Of a stretch of DNA of 54,018 nt, positions 39,769 through 53,904 are shown piece by piece. The position numbers and the translations under genes are program-made. Position 1 is the first letter of the stretch. Each line of letters begins with the position of its first letter. Location: positions 1 through 54,018 of the forward strand of contig NW_021833931.1 of assembly GCF_006345805.1 (NCBI RefSeq). The letters run 5' to 3'. The stretch is from Octopus sinensis (Eukaryota). Below the pieces are notes generated by a model, which saw only the letters and a program-made list of their open reading frames with translations, searched no databases and was not told where the DNA came from.

Positions 39769-40060
39769 GATGTGATATGTCTGTTCATCAAAGTCTTAAC
39801 CGATGAAGGACTATCAGTGATTCAAGAAAAACTAGTGATAGACACCTATTTAAAAATTGCACTAGTATAACGATAGGAAACTTGATGGAAATGTTGACCT
39901 TCTGTGTAAAAACTACCTACTTTAGAGTAGATGCTGACATGTATCGACGAGTTGAGGGTGTAGCTATGGGTCCACCATTATGACCAATAATAGCCAATAT
40001 ATACATGAAATACTTTAAGAATTTGGCTTTAGGATCAACACCACTAAAGATAACCCTATG
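39769..40060 (+). pseudogene. Penelope-like RT fragment (different family from the two Neptune-type copies)
   Basis: DVICLFIKVLTDEGLSVIQEKL ... CVKTTYFRVDADMYRRVEGVAMGPPL*PIIANIYMKYF (like GxxMGSPLSPxxANIYM). Confidence 0.8.
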
Positions 40061-40428
40061 GTTTTACTCGGACATATTTGCGAAGTGTTGCATTATTCTT
40101 GAATACTGTCCTGATTCCATATGGACCACATATCATTTGTAAGAAACCCCGTGTTCGGCTTTCTTACGTGTCTTCCTCTATTGTTTCAAATCACATTTGT
40201 TTATATTCGTACGTCCACCCTGTATTGTTTTGTTTGCTCGAGCCCTAATTCTACGCAGATATTGCGGGTGCCACCGATATACTAAATTCCCTGTCTTCGT
40301 ATATCTGTGGGTCCTACGTGTACGTTTTGTTGTATTTAATGCAGTTTTCATTTATTGAGTAAGTGAACGCCACGCATCCCAATTTTGTTAACAGCAGGTT
40401 TTGAAATATGTTTGCGCCTTTATCTATC

Positions 40429-40512
<84 letters not shown>

Positions 40513-41052
40513 CATATTTCTTGAATGAATATATCATATATAAAATATCGTAAAATATCAAATATTATTATTAAGTTTGAAAACAGAGTGATCTAATGGA
40601 AAGAAATCAATTTATTAATTAATTAACATGTTCACCTACAATTCTTTGATTTCACAAACAAAATTAAAGCTACGAAGCATATATAGATATATAATATTGC
40701 ATCTTAAATACCTTGAATGGAAAATTATCAGGGTGCACAAAAGACCATACATGGATTACGTTACGATCCATTGGAACACTCAGAATATCTAGTCATATTT
40801 ATTATATGTATGAATGTATGTCTGCACGCATGTGTTAAACTTATCACTTTTATTTTTAATTCAATAAAAATAATAAAAATAATAATAATAATAGCAATAA
40901 TAATAATAATCATGAATAACGTGCTATAGTATATAATAGTAAAATTACATAATTACTAAAACAAAGTAAAAGTGAAATAAAATATGTTCATGAAATAATA
41001 TAAAATAAGTGAAACAAAATTTATATTGATGTTTGTACACGTGTGTGCGTAT

Positions 41053-41474
41053 ATTCTTTTATTCTTTTATTATTCTATTTATTTCAGTTATTTGACAGCG
41101 GCCATGATGGAGCACCGCCTTTAGCCGAAGAAATCGACCACAGGACTTATTTTTTGTAAGCGTAGTACATATCCTATCGGAATCATTTGTCGAGTCGCTA
41201 AGTTACGGGGACGTAAACACACCAACATCTGTTGTCAAGTGATGGTGGGGGGACAAACATAGACACACACACACACACGCACATATATATATATATATAT
41301 ATATACGACGGGCTTCTTTCAGTTTCCGTGTACGAAATCCCCTCGCAAGGATGTGGTCGGCCCGAGGATATAGGAGAAAACACTTGTCCAAGGTGCCACG
41401 CAGTGGGACTGAACCCGGAACCATGTGGTTGGTAAGCAAGCTATTTACCACACAGTTACTCCTTACTCCTACGC
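41053..41474 (-). mobile_element. Full-length SINE family C
   Basis: Reverse complement of 46770-47184, with internal (TA)/(CA) microsatellite. Confidence 0.88.
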
Positions 41475-41832
41475 TATCCACGCACCCACTCATGCGCCTA
41501 TATATATATATATATATATAAAGCATCATTATGCATGTGTATTCATGTATATATTTTTATGTTACTTATTTAGGTATATAAATTAAGGTATGTAGCAGTA
41601 AAGAAGAAAGAAAAAAAAAATTTTAATGCAATAAAAAATTAAAAAATTAATAAATCTATAATAAAATGAGGTAAAAAAAAATAACAAATTAGATAAAATA
41701 GAATGTAAGAAAGGGAAATGAATTGAAATTCATATTCATGTATCTATACGTGTATGCTTATATATATGTTTAAATTCATATATATACATATTAAACAAGT
41801 ATGGGTATCTTTGTGTATTCTTGTGTGTTTTG

Positions 41833-41902
<70 letters not shown>

Positions 41903-42255
41903 ATTTACCTGTTATTATATTAGTTCTCAAGTGTGCATTCATGTTGGTAAATGGTTATTAAGCTAATTTTATTATCATTTATATTCAGATACAAGATTAT
42001 GTTTAATATTTGCGCGATCGCGTATGTTCATTTGGGCATTACTTGATATTAATATTTATATTTAAAGTCAACAATAATGATGATAATCACCATTAAAGTC
42101 TCTAAGAGTAAAATTAATTGATTAAAATATATCTGATAAAATAAATAAGGAATGAGAAATAAAGAATAAGAAATAATATGAATGAAAATAAAGATAGAAA
42201 TCAAAGTGAAGTAGAAATTGTTTATGTGCCTGTGCATACATACATAATACATACT

Positions 42256-42299
<44 letters not shown>

Positions 42300-42379
42300 T
42301 ATATATATATATATATAATATATATATATATATGAAAAAACAAGTCAAAAATAGAAAATGCTAAGATAATTTTATAGTG

Positions 42380-42431
42380 AATCTTTCAGTACCGGTTTCG
42401 GTCATTTTGAGACTTTTCAACTGTAACGATT
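42380..42431 (-). ncRNA. Minimal hammerhead-like motif with U3:A8 variant core in the PLE 3' terminal region
   Basis: Minus strand AATCGTTACAG-TTGAAAA-GTC-TCAAAAT-GAC-C-GAAA-CCGG-TA-CTGAAAGATT; palindromic stem III ACCGGT; one unpaired C at the base of stem II. Confidence 0.55.
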
Positions 42432-42935
42432 AAATTTAGAAAAATTAGAAGAAAAGTTTTTTTAAAAGAATATTTCTGTAGTAGTGTTCAGATATAAGAA
42501 GCATTCTGCCTTTCTCTGACTCCCTTGTTTGCACTTGTGTGTTCGAGGTCGTTTTGAGTTCTTGGTAGGATAGGTGAAGAATAAGGAGGCTGATGTGGAG
42601 AGGGGGTGGGGAAATCTGGGAATGCCTTAATGGTCGTATTTTGAATGGTCAGTGGCTGACAGTAGTCGCAGTTCAATTCAGGAATTGTTTATGGAATTTG
42701 CGTAGGCGTTATACTGAAAGACATTAATGACAAGGTAAGGGTGGAAGGGGAGAAGTGAGAAGTAGAAGAAGAAGAAGATGACGATGTTGATGATGATGAT
42801 GATGAAGAAGAAGAAGAAGAAGAAAAAAGAAGAAGAAGAAGAAGAAGAAGAAGAAGAAGAAGAAAAGGAGAAGGAGAAGATGGTGGTGATGATGGTGGTG
42901 ATGATGACGACGATGATGATGATAATGATGATGAT

Positions 42936-42968
<33 letters not shown>

Positions 42969-43096
42969 AAAAACAGAGAAGGGAGAATATGAATGGGTGA
43001 AAGTAGATAGATGTGATGGGGCTGATTAGTAATGGATTCTATGGAGTGTAATATTTGTGTGTGTATATATTTCTTTTATTCTGAAGTTGAGGTATA

Positions 43097-43567
43097 TTAA
43101 TTGTTTGTCGTAGACCCGTTAAGAAGTGGCTTGTATTTTGTAATAAAGAGATTTTCTTTACTCATTCGTTGTCTCGAGGTTGTATCGTCCCTAAATTGGT
43201 AGAGGGGGAAAATCCTGAAGTTTGGTGTTTTTTTGTTGGCGCAAGTATCTATGTGTTGGCTAAAAGCTATTTTTCTGTTTTGGGGAATTTTTATCTGGAA
43301 TCTGTGCAGGGCCATTCGTTTACGCAAACCATTTTTTGTTTGGCCTATGTACTGCTCTTGACACCCGGAGCAGGTTAGTGAGTATATTAGGTTCTCCGAA
43401 GCACATGTGAAGTTGCTTTTCACTGTAAACCGTTGTCCCTGTTTGAAGGAGAACTCTGATCCCTCAATTAGATAGTCGCATATCCCGCAATTGGGTCTTC
43501 CACATTTTTTTACTGTCGGCTTCTGTGTTGAAGAGTGAATTCGGGCTTGTGTTAGGAGACTTTTCAT
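43097..43567 (-). pseudogene. GIY-YIG endonuclease portion of the PLE ORF (open segment)
   Basis: LIY-x10-YIG, LRKRMALH, KENLFITKYKPLLN; upstream Cys-rich linker. Confidence 0.92.
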
Positions 43568-45993
43568 GGATCTAGGCTGTCTTTTGCTTTTTATGATCGT
43601 GTGTGTTTGGAGGATTGTGTCATCTGTGGTCTTTTTTTAGGAGGGGTGGTTGTGGAGGATGGTGTCGAAGGCTTCGTTACTGAGAGGGTTGTGTGTGGAG
43701 ATGTATGGTAAGGCTTTTGGTTGTAAGTTTTTCTTTGATTTGGGATGTCTCAGTTCCTTGATGTTAAGTTGAAGGGCACGTTGAATGCACTTGTCAATAA
43801 GTGAAGGTGGATAGTTCCTGGTGATAAGGGTATCTTTTAGTTTTTGTAGTCGTGTGTCTCTGGTGTTTGCGTTAGAGACTATAGTGCATATCCTTTTTGC
43901 TATAGATTGAAGGGGATATTCATCCTGGTGTGTCTGGGGTGGCATGAATTGAATGGAAGATATTGCTTAGAGTCTGTAGGCTTATAGTATATGTGTTTCT
44001 ATTATATTATTAGCTTTCTTAATGAGGATATCGAGGAAGGGGAGTTGTTGCTGGCTATATTCCATCGTGAATTGGATGTTTACGTCCAGTCCGTTTAAAA
44101 TTTCCTGGAATTCTATGAGTTTTTCTATATTTTTATGCCAAAGGATGAAACAGTCATCTAGATATCTCTTCCAGTTGTTTTCTATGTAGATGAAGAAAGG
44201 GCTGCCATATCTTTCTAGAACCTTACGATACAGACTGATCTCTAGGTATCCTATGACTAGGTTGGCAAAGGAGGGGGCCATTCGTGTACCCATCGCAGTC
44301 CCCGATTTTTGTCGGTAGAAGTGTCATTGAAGGCGAAGAAGTTATTTTCCAGGATGAATTAACCCCTTCTATCACAAATTCTTTTTTGATGCGGTGTGGC
44401 AGTTCGTTGGCGTGATTCTCTAGCCAGAATTGGATTGCCTCTAGTCCTAGGTTGTGGGGGATATTGGAGTAGAGGTTGACTACATCGAAGGATACCAGTA
44501 TGGTGTTTTTGTTTATAGTATTCGGTGGTGATTGAGCATATCTAAGTCGTCCCTTATATAGCTTTTGACATGTTTGAGGAGTGGTTTTAACAGGGTGTCT
44601 AAAAAGTTACTGAGGCGGTGGGTTTCGCATGCGGGACCCTGCTATTATGGGTCTCAATTGAGGTCATTAGGATTAGGGACTTTAATTATTTTGTCTGTAG
44701 CTATCTTGCATGCGTTGCTTATTTTTTCACTTTTGTGGATCTTAGGTATACCGTAGAATTGGCTAGTTTTACTTGTGAAATTGGTCATATAATCATATTC
44801 TTTGTCGGTGAGCCCTGCTTTGTATGGGTTTAATATGGATTTTAGTTCCCTCATTATTTTTTGTTGGCTGTAGTTTTGTGCCTTTTCATAGTATGTTGTG
44901 TCTTCCAGCATAGAAAGTACGAAAGTTATGTAAAACGTCGTATCCATTAAGACAACAGCACTCCCTTTATCGGCCTCTTTGATTGTTATTGTTTTTTATC
45001 TTGTTAATTTGTTCAACTCAGCCCATTCTTTTTTGCTGAAGTTTGGTTTGTGTTTTTGTTTGTGCATATGTTGATATGGGTAATTAGATATGTGGTCACA
45101 GAAATCATCAGGTGTTTTGTTCTTACCTTTCGAGGGGGTGTAGTTACTCCTATTTCTGGCTAACGATTCGTCCTCGTTGTATTTATCGTATAGCTCCTCA
45201 GTAAGTCTTAATTTTCTGCAGAATTCTGCGATGTCTTCTTTCATTTCGTTGTAGTTGGGGTGTTGTGGGGTGGGTGTAAACTTGAGTCCTTTGGAAAATA
45301 TGTTTATTTGGTTTGCTGTTAGTTTCTTGTGAGTTAGATTGATAATTTTTATTACTTTTGGTTCCTCCTGCTTGTTTGGGTGCTATCTTGTGTCTCTGTG
45401 TTTGCGTATTGGGTCTAAAAAGAATGCGGTGGTTGGGACGGTAGCTATTATATAGTTTTGTCTTTGTTGATGTGGGGTCTCCTGTTGTGATTTATGGTGT
45501 GTGTTCTTGGAGCAGTATTGAGGAGAGCATCCCGATATCCCATATTCGGGTGTGGTGTTCTAGGAGGCCTTCGTTGGTAATCATTGTAAGTGGAGTGGGT
45601 TTGTTGTGCATGGTTGTTTAACCGGTTTATGGGGCGGAGATTTCGTTAGTAACTCTTTTGGGTGGGGATAAGGTTGCAGTGTCTATGCTGTGGGTGTTGA
45701 TTTATCCTTTCTCTGCTTGAAGTGGGGGTATTCCTGATATTGTAACGCTGGCTGCTTACAGAGTTAGGGTTAGGCCCTGTATTCTTTTTTTGACAGTAGT
45801 GAAGGTTCCGATTTTTAGACAGGTGTGTATCGGTGTTTGGGTGTTGTTTTGGTTTTCTTATTTTCTGGAAAGGGTTGTTGGAGGCGTGCTCTGTTTGAAA
45901 GACGGCTTCATAGTCTGAGAACCAAATGGCGTTTTTCTCCCAGCGTTGGAGAGATTTTAGTTATATATTTTAGATATATATATAGATTTTATT

Positions 45994-46061
<68 letters not shown>

Positions 46062-46085
46062 GTATGTATGGATGTATGTATGCAC

Positions 46086-46259
46086 AGGCACATAGACAAA
46101 TTCTACATGACTGCATGGTGAGGTGCTTGTTTCCCAACTACATGATTCTTGGTACAGTTCCACTCCGTGGCACCTTGAGCAAGTGTTTCCACTATAACTT
46201 TAGGCCGACCGAAGACTGGCGAGTGGATTTGGTAGAAGACTGGAAAAATCCGTCGTATA

Positions 46260-46297
<38 letters not shown>

Positions 46298-46327
46298 ACA
46301 TATATATAGATAGATATATAGATACAC

Positions 46328-46379
<52 letters not shown>

Positions 46380-46625
46380 GTATAAACATACACATATGAG
46401 TGTGTCTGTGTGTATGTATAATTTTGTGTGTGTTTCTATGTTTGTCCCTCTCACCACATAGTTTTACAACCGATGCTGGTGTGTTTATGTGCCCGTAACC
46501 TAGCGGTTCGGCAACATGGCCAATAGAATAAGTACTAGAGTTCCAAAGAAGTTGTCCTGAGGTCAATTTCCTCGACTAACACCCATGGCCACAATAAAAT
46601 GACTAGAACTAATAAAAGAATAAGG
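46086..46625 (+). mobile_element. Diverged SINE family C copy with expanded internal microsatellite
   Basis: GTGGCACCTTGAGCAAGTG core and ACAACCGATGCTGGTGTGTTTATG 3' part. Confidence 0.8.
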
Positions 46626-46769
46626 GTAAATAAAACAATGTAATGTACTCAAAAATGAAGTTACCACCGGTATTTCTATCCTATACATACATGTATGTAC
46701 GTGTGTGTGTATGTGTGTGTGTACGTGTGTCTGTGTGTGTGTGTTTGTGTGTAGGAAAATATGTATATA

Positions 46770-47184
46770 GGCGTAGGAGTGGCTTTGTGGTAAGTAGGTT
46801 GCTTACAAACCACATGTTCCGGGTTCACTCCCATTGCGTGGCACCTTGGGCAAGTGTCTTCTACTATAGCCCCGGGCCGACCAAAGCATTGTGAGTGGAT
46901 TTGGTAGACGGAAACTAAAAGAAGCCCGTCGTATATATGTCTATGTATATGTGTGTATGTGTGTGTGTTTGTGTGTCTGTGTTTGTCTCTCCAACACCGC
47001 TTGACAACCGATGCCGCTGTGTTTACGTCCCTGTAACTTAGCGGCTCGACCAAAGAGACCGATAGAATAAGTACTAGGCTTACAAAGAATAAGTCCTAGG
47101 GCCGATTTGCTCGACTAAAGGCGGTGCTACAGCATGGCCACTGTCAAATGACTGAAACAAGTAAATGAGTAAAGAGTAAAAGAG
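46770..47184 (+). mobile_element. Full-length SINE family C (tRNA head, CORE-like central domain)
   Basis: GGCGTAGGAGTGGCTTTGTGGTAAG...GGGTTCACTCCC head; ACCTTGGGCAAGT resembles the CORE-SINE domain; (GAGTAAA)n-like tail. Confidence 0.88.
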
Positions 47185-47578
47185 AGTATCTGTATATATT
47201 TACATATGTGATTACTGAAGGTATTTCTATGGTTACGTAGTCTTAAATAATTGATTGCCGCCATCCGCTTCTGAGCACTCTACCAAATTCTAGGGAACAT
47301 TTTTTCTTTTCTTCATTCAATACTGCTCTTTCTATGTCGTTCAAAGTTTCTGTAATTCTAACATCCGAAACATTACAAAGCTTTCTCATTCCATTAAAAC
47401 TTTAATCTATAACGTTATTTGTTAAACACCGTTCTTCATGTATTGAAGATTCAATAAAGTCCCTTGTATTTGCACTAAATATATCTCTATCTATCTATCT
47501 ATCTATATATCTATCTATCTATCTATCTATCTATCGATCTATCTATCTATCTATATATATTATATATATTATATATAT

Positions 47579-47628
<50 letters not shown>

Positions 47629-47692
47629 CTATCTATCTCTGCTATATACGCGTAAGTCGGTATGTCTGTTTCTATGTGTTTGTGTGTGAGTT

Positions 47693-47726
<34 letters not shown>

Positions 47727-48447
47727 TATGTGTGTGCGTGTGAATGTGTGTATGTGTGTGTGAGTGCATATGCGCTGTATGTATGCTTTTACACATGCAT
47801 ACCTATGTAAATTTATACACAAACACACACACACACACATACACACATATAATGTAATAAGCAAATAAGCTAATTCTAAAATCTCTGTAAGAGATGAATA
47901 CAGTAGCTGTATGCCGTCACTTCAATATGGCTGTTCCTTTCGAACGGACGTTACTGCGATGATTTAACCCCAAGAGGATATTTCATCTAGCTGGCTAACG
48001 ATGCACACCTGCATCCGTTATATTGTGAGCAGGGGAGTTCCTCCTACCACCTTTTTGCAACGGACCAGTAGATCAGTCTAGTTTCCTGCTGTTTCTGCCT
48101 ATCTTCAGTACTCAACACACCACGTCTGCTAGAGTTGGCAGAAGCCCGCTTCTGTTTCCAATATATTTAAATATAAGTGATATTCAATAATCCCCCACAA
48201 ATATGTTTACCCTCTGTGTAATTCTCAGTCGGAGTCAGGGTGACTATGTTTGAGAAGATTAACGTCAAAATTACAGGTAAAATTCGTCGAATGGGCTTCC
48301 AAACCGTCTCGATTTATTCAATTTCACGCGTAAAATGCGGGTTGACCAGAGTCTATAAAAAATGGCACTTGCTAAATTTAACAAATAGCGAAAACGAAAC
48401 CTCTTGGTTTCGAATCAAACATTTAAACTATACTGCCCATGTCACCT

Positions 48448-48455
48448 TTATCTAT

Positions 48456-48545
<90 letters not shown>

Positions 48546-48562
48546 GTCTGTCTATCTATCTG

Positions 48563-48637
<75 letters not shown>

Positions 48638-48658
48638 GTCTGTCTGTCTGTCTATCTG

Positions 48659-48732
<74 letters not shown>

Positions 48733-48745
48733 ATTCTATCTATCT
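48448..48745. repeat. (TCTA)n microsatellite; others at 40422-40512 and 47487-47555
   Basis: Direct reading; source of the YLSI ORFs. Confidence 0.95.
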
Positions 48746-48866
48746 AGCAATCTGTTTGCATATCCATCTATTTCTCTCTGCGTGTATCTATCTGTCTGTC
48801 TGTCTTTATGTATGTATGCATATATGTATGTAGTGTGTGTGTTTGCATGTCAGCCAGTTTGTGTAC

Positions 48867-48906
<40 letters not shown>

Positions 48907-51472
48907 GAGAGACAGAGAGAACGAGAAAGAGAGAAAGAAAGAGAGGGAGAAAGAGATTCACTGCGTGCTGTCATAAAATGCAGTGGCAGGTAAAAAAAAA
49001 AAGGGCTGATCAAAAAACCACCCAAATCTGGCAAAGTTTGATCTCATAGGATCACATTCAGCCATCCATAAAACACATAGCTGTAAAATTCGACGTGATT
49101 TAAAAATGATAAACTTGCCAACGCCTATTACTGACAACTGCAGAACATTATCTCCGTCTATATCAACTGACTAGGTATTACAAAATATAGGGTAAATTAT
49201 GTTTAAAAAATTAGATGAAAATAAATGAATAAAATATTTTTCACCTCATACTTTTAGTATCTGTCTCGAGAATTTTTTTAATGTTTTGATGAGTAGGACA
49301 TTTGTGCCGGCGCCATCTTTTGTCTAGACATCAAGACTGTTATATTTTAATACTTCTGTGTCTCACAAAATAATTGTATACAATATTTGCTCGTGAATTT
49401 GATATTATAGTGTTGTGTTTCCATTTATGTCATTTTAGTTTCTCTCATATTTTTTTTAGAATAATTATGACTCCCATAAACACACATGTGCGTTGGAATG
49501 CATCGAAAAACATTATTCTTGATGTACTTTATATAAGGTAAATCAACTACATGGACAGTATGGGATTTGAAACAAGCTGTACCGGCTAACAAAATGCGCC
49601 ATTTTTTTCAATTATATTATCATTTAGGATTATTTAAAGAATTTTATATCAATCACAGTAATCAACATAGTAGAAATAACAGCTAACTTACCCTCAATTT
49701 ACACCTTATTGCTTAAGGGAAAGGCGGAATGACTATAGTAGGGCATCTTTTGATCATAAACCTGTTCGTTCAGACCTGGTATAAACAAGAATAATAACAA
49801 TTCCCCAAACACAAACTCCTCGTGTTATTTTCACATATTTTTTGTTTGTTTGTTTTTTTTTTGTCTTTTTTTAGAGTTTTAGACATCTTACTTTTAATGC
49901 GCCTGTTTGAATACATGTAAATTCTCTACTGCCATGAAAAGTATTGATAAAAACATCCAATAATGTTGCTCAAATTTTACAATAATTTCTGTCAATAGAG
50001 TTTATGTCCAAGAAAACGTCGGAACTAACTTAGGGAATAATACCAGATCTAGGAAAATACAGTTGAGATTTTGATTCTGCTGCCGTATAATATGGTCATG
50101 ATAAGGAACTCATATAGGCGTAATGTGACTATCTTATGGCTATCAACGTACAAAAACCATGATGTAAAAAAATATAGTAAAATTTTAATACATTTCTGAG
50201 CTCTAGTACATCGTTTATAATACTATTAAATGGAATTTTTGAATTCTTACGACTAACATTTTCTGTAACAGGTGGTACTATAGAAATAGCCAGGCGTAAA
50301 TTTACGGATCTTGAAATATATTGATCCATTAACAATCTGCTACAAGATATATCTGCTGTTCCGGTGTTCACTAACTTTTCCTAGGACAGGTTTAATGGCT
50401 CAATATACACAAACTTGAATGCGTATGTAGGTATATATGAATGTATGTATATTTAGTATAATTCAGTTACAAATTTCGTACCGTGCATTTACAAGGTCCT
50501 ATGCCGTAATTTGACTACCACATGTTACCCTACACCAGGGTGTATTCCAGGGCTGGATACACAGGTGGAACCCCACTTTGCATTGAATTGATAGAAGAAG
50601 AATACAGTACAGTATATAAATCTTTAATAGCATTCGTTTTTGCACCACATACCAGTTTATTTCTTACAATGGTATTCATATACAATTTTAGATCGTTCGT
50701 TATAATTTAAAATATTTAATTATAGAATAATTATTAAGAATGATCTTCTTTAATGGTATAAAAATATAAACTCAGCAACTTACAGCTGCTGTGCGGTGCA
50801 GAAACATGTGTGTGTGTGTGTGTGTGTGTTGTGTGTGTATTTGTGTGTAATATTTGTAATGTATGAGTAAGTAACAAGATTAAATGATTAATCTTGTAAT
50901 ACATTTTATACATAGATAATAAAGGAATATACATACATATATATGTGTATGTGTACGTGATGCTCTTATGGACATATGCATGCGTAACTGGGATAGGTTT
51001 CTTAGTAAACTATTTACATTTACAAAATTCAGTGACTAAGCTTTACCATTCGCCAGAAGTTTGTCTATTCTTTAACAATTTAGGTATTGAGCTTTCCACT
51101 AGAAGTCAGCTATAGGATGATGTCTCTGTTGAGAGTAATGTAGAGAACTGGAATTCGTTTCTCATCTGTAATTTGCATATATATGTACATATGTGTGATT
51201 GTGTGTATCTGGTAATACGTATGTCAACGTGTGGATGAACAAATAAGGATGTAAGTGCCAGAGTATGATTGTTGATAGTATGTGTATGTCAGAATACATG
51301 TGTTTTCAAGCGTGCGTATGGGTGCCGTTGAACAGGATTGTATGTGCATTCGTGCAAAAAATATAATACTTGCGTGTACCCCTACATTTTCGATTCACAT
51401 TTCCATATACGAGAACTATCATTGTGTTTATATTATATATATATATAACATAAGTCTATAGATGTACATATG

Positions 51473-51520
<48 letters not shown>

Positions 51521-51549
51521 ATATATACAATATATATACATATATATAT

Positions 51550-51580
<31 letters not shown>

Positions 51581-53638
51581 TATATATACTCTCATATAAT
51601 GTACAATCATGTACATACATCTGTGTTCGTGTATATATATATTTGTGTGTGTGTTAGTGTACATTTGTGTGTTTGTGTATATATATATGTGTGTGCGTGT
51701 TAGTGTACATTTGTGTGTTTGTTTGTCTTTATGTATCTACGTATGTATGTATGTATATCGAAGCACATTTTTTGAGTAGACACGAAAACATGCGTGAAAG
51801 AGATAAGATCCATTCTTTTATAGACTTAGCCGAAATAAATCACAATAAGCTTAAATGAGAAATATCTAGTAGATGATATAATTAATGCCTAGAGGGGGAG
51901 AAATTGTGATGTATTCACCGTGAGGGTCGCAGTAAAGTACCATTAATTACACCCTTTTTTATATACGAAGACGCTATTCATGGTTACATACGTTCATACC
52001 TGTGCTTATCTGTGTGAATATGTGAATATATCTACATATATATGCTTGTATGCAACTATATAAAACACACTGGCACACACAATTACACACAAGCAAACAC
52101 ATATCCATTTAGCTATCTAAAAATAGATAGATAGGTAGATAGATATATATATATATACACAGATATTCACATATGAAAGCACCCGTGTCAGGATGAACTG
52201 TCCTAAACAACTGTGCCACAATTACACGTGGGACGCTTTAATATTATTATCTATATTTACAAATTGGTCTCTGACTCACATACATTCTCTCTCTCTATCA
52301 CTCTCTTCTCATTTGTTCATCTACCTCCGTGTGTGTGTGAACGTGTGTATACGTAGGTACACATACACACACACACACACAAATACATATATATACATAT
52401 ATTTATATATATGAATAGCTATATATACATGTGTGTGTACATATATTTATCTATCAAAATATATGTATATATATATATATATATATGCGTATATGTATGT
52501 ACATATACATATATATTTTCTCTATTTAACCAACTATATACATATCCCCTCTTTTTCTTTATGGATACGTACATACATACACACACACACACATATATAT
52601 TATATATATCAACATAAACCCACAAAATGTAGTTATATAATGAACATTTGTGTGCATCAGTGTTTCTGCTTATGAGTGTGTGTAAATATATGTATTTATT
52701 TCCGTTTTGTCTGTCTATCTACATATATAAACATAAGTATATGCATACACTCACAGACACACACCCATATATATATTCATACATACATACATATAAATGT
52801 ATATTGGTATATATATATATATATACATAACATATATATGTACATATATATATCTAAGTGTGTGTGTGTGTTTGTATGTATGTATGTATGTATGTATGTA
52901 TGTATGTATGTATGTATGTATGTATGTATGTACAACTATCCCGCTTCGAAAGATTCTCCTTTCCTTGCTTGCTCGAATCTCTGGTTAGTAACAATAACTG
53001 TGATACTTGTACAATGTAAACTTTCGGGAGTAAAAGCGCAGTTTTAAAAAACTGAAAAAGCGAAGAAAAAGGCATACATAGGCACTAGAGAAAACAAAAA
53101 AAAAAGCTAGATATGAAAAAAAAGCCAATAAAAAAACATGGGAAACATTTTTTCTTTCACATGGGGCAGTGTTAGTAGGAGTAGAAGTCATGACGAAGGG
53201 GTCTAGAAAAATGTTTCGGACGTCATCAGGTATGTATTGTATTCCCGAGAAGACGTTGTCAAACACTTGATTCTGGGATTAAATTCCATTTGTTGTTCTG
53301 TGTCATTATCCCTTTGTGTGCGTTTGTACTGGATATACGCCTTTGGTCATCTCTATCTTACATTTTACATTGCTATTTGCTGTCGTTGTCGTTCATGTTG
53401 TTGCAGTTGTTGTTGTCATCGTCGCTGCTGTTTCTTCGTGCGCTATAGTTGTATGTGTGTATGTATGTACGTATGTATGCATGTATGTATGCATGTACGT
53501 ACGTATAGATGTATGTATGTACCTATCTGTCTATTTATCCGTAAATATATAGATATATATATATATATACATATGTATATGTATATATATAAATAATATA
53601 TGTATATATATATATATATATAATATATATATATATAC

Positions 53639-53683
<45 letters not shown>

Positions 53684-53777
53684 GTATTATATATATATAT
53701 ATATGTATGTTATATACACTACATACATGCATATATATATATATATGTATATATATATTTATATAGATATACATACC

Positions 53778-53820
<43 letters not shown>

Positions 53821-53835
53821 TACTATATATAATAT

Positions 53836-53904
<69 letters not shown>

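Larger units (their letters stand above)
42335..45960 (-). mobile_element. Penelope-like element, Neptune-type, near full-length but frameshifted
   Basis: Consecutive minus ORFs: SKGLKFTPTP/EDIAEFCRKLRL, IKEADKG, FYGIPKIHK, MGTRMAPSFANL...WKRYLDDCF (RT), CGRPNCGIC linker, NLIYSLTCSGCQEQYIGQT...R...E...PLLN (GIY-YIG); flanked by TA tracts. Confidence 0.95.

Noticed and set aside
53185-53232. Minus-strand CTGATGACGTCCGAAACA
   Set aside because: No room for stem II and no stem I or III pairing; possibly a scrambled relic
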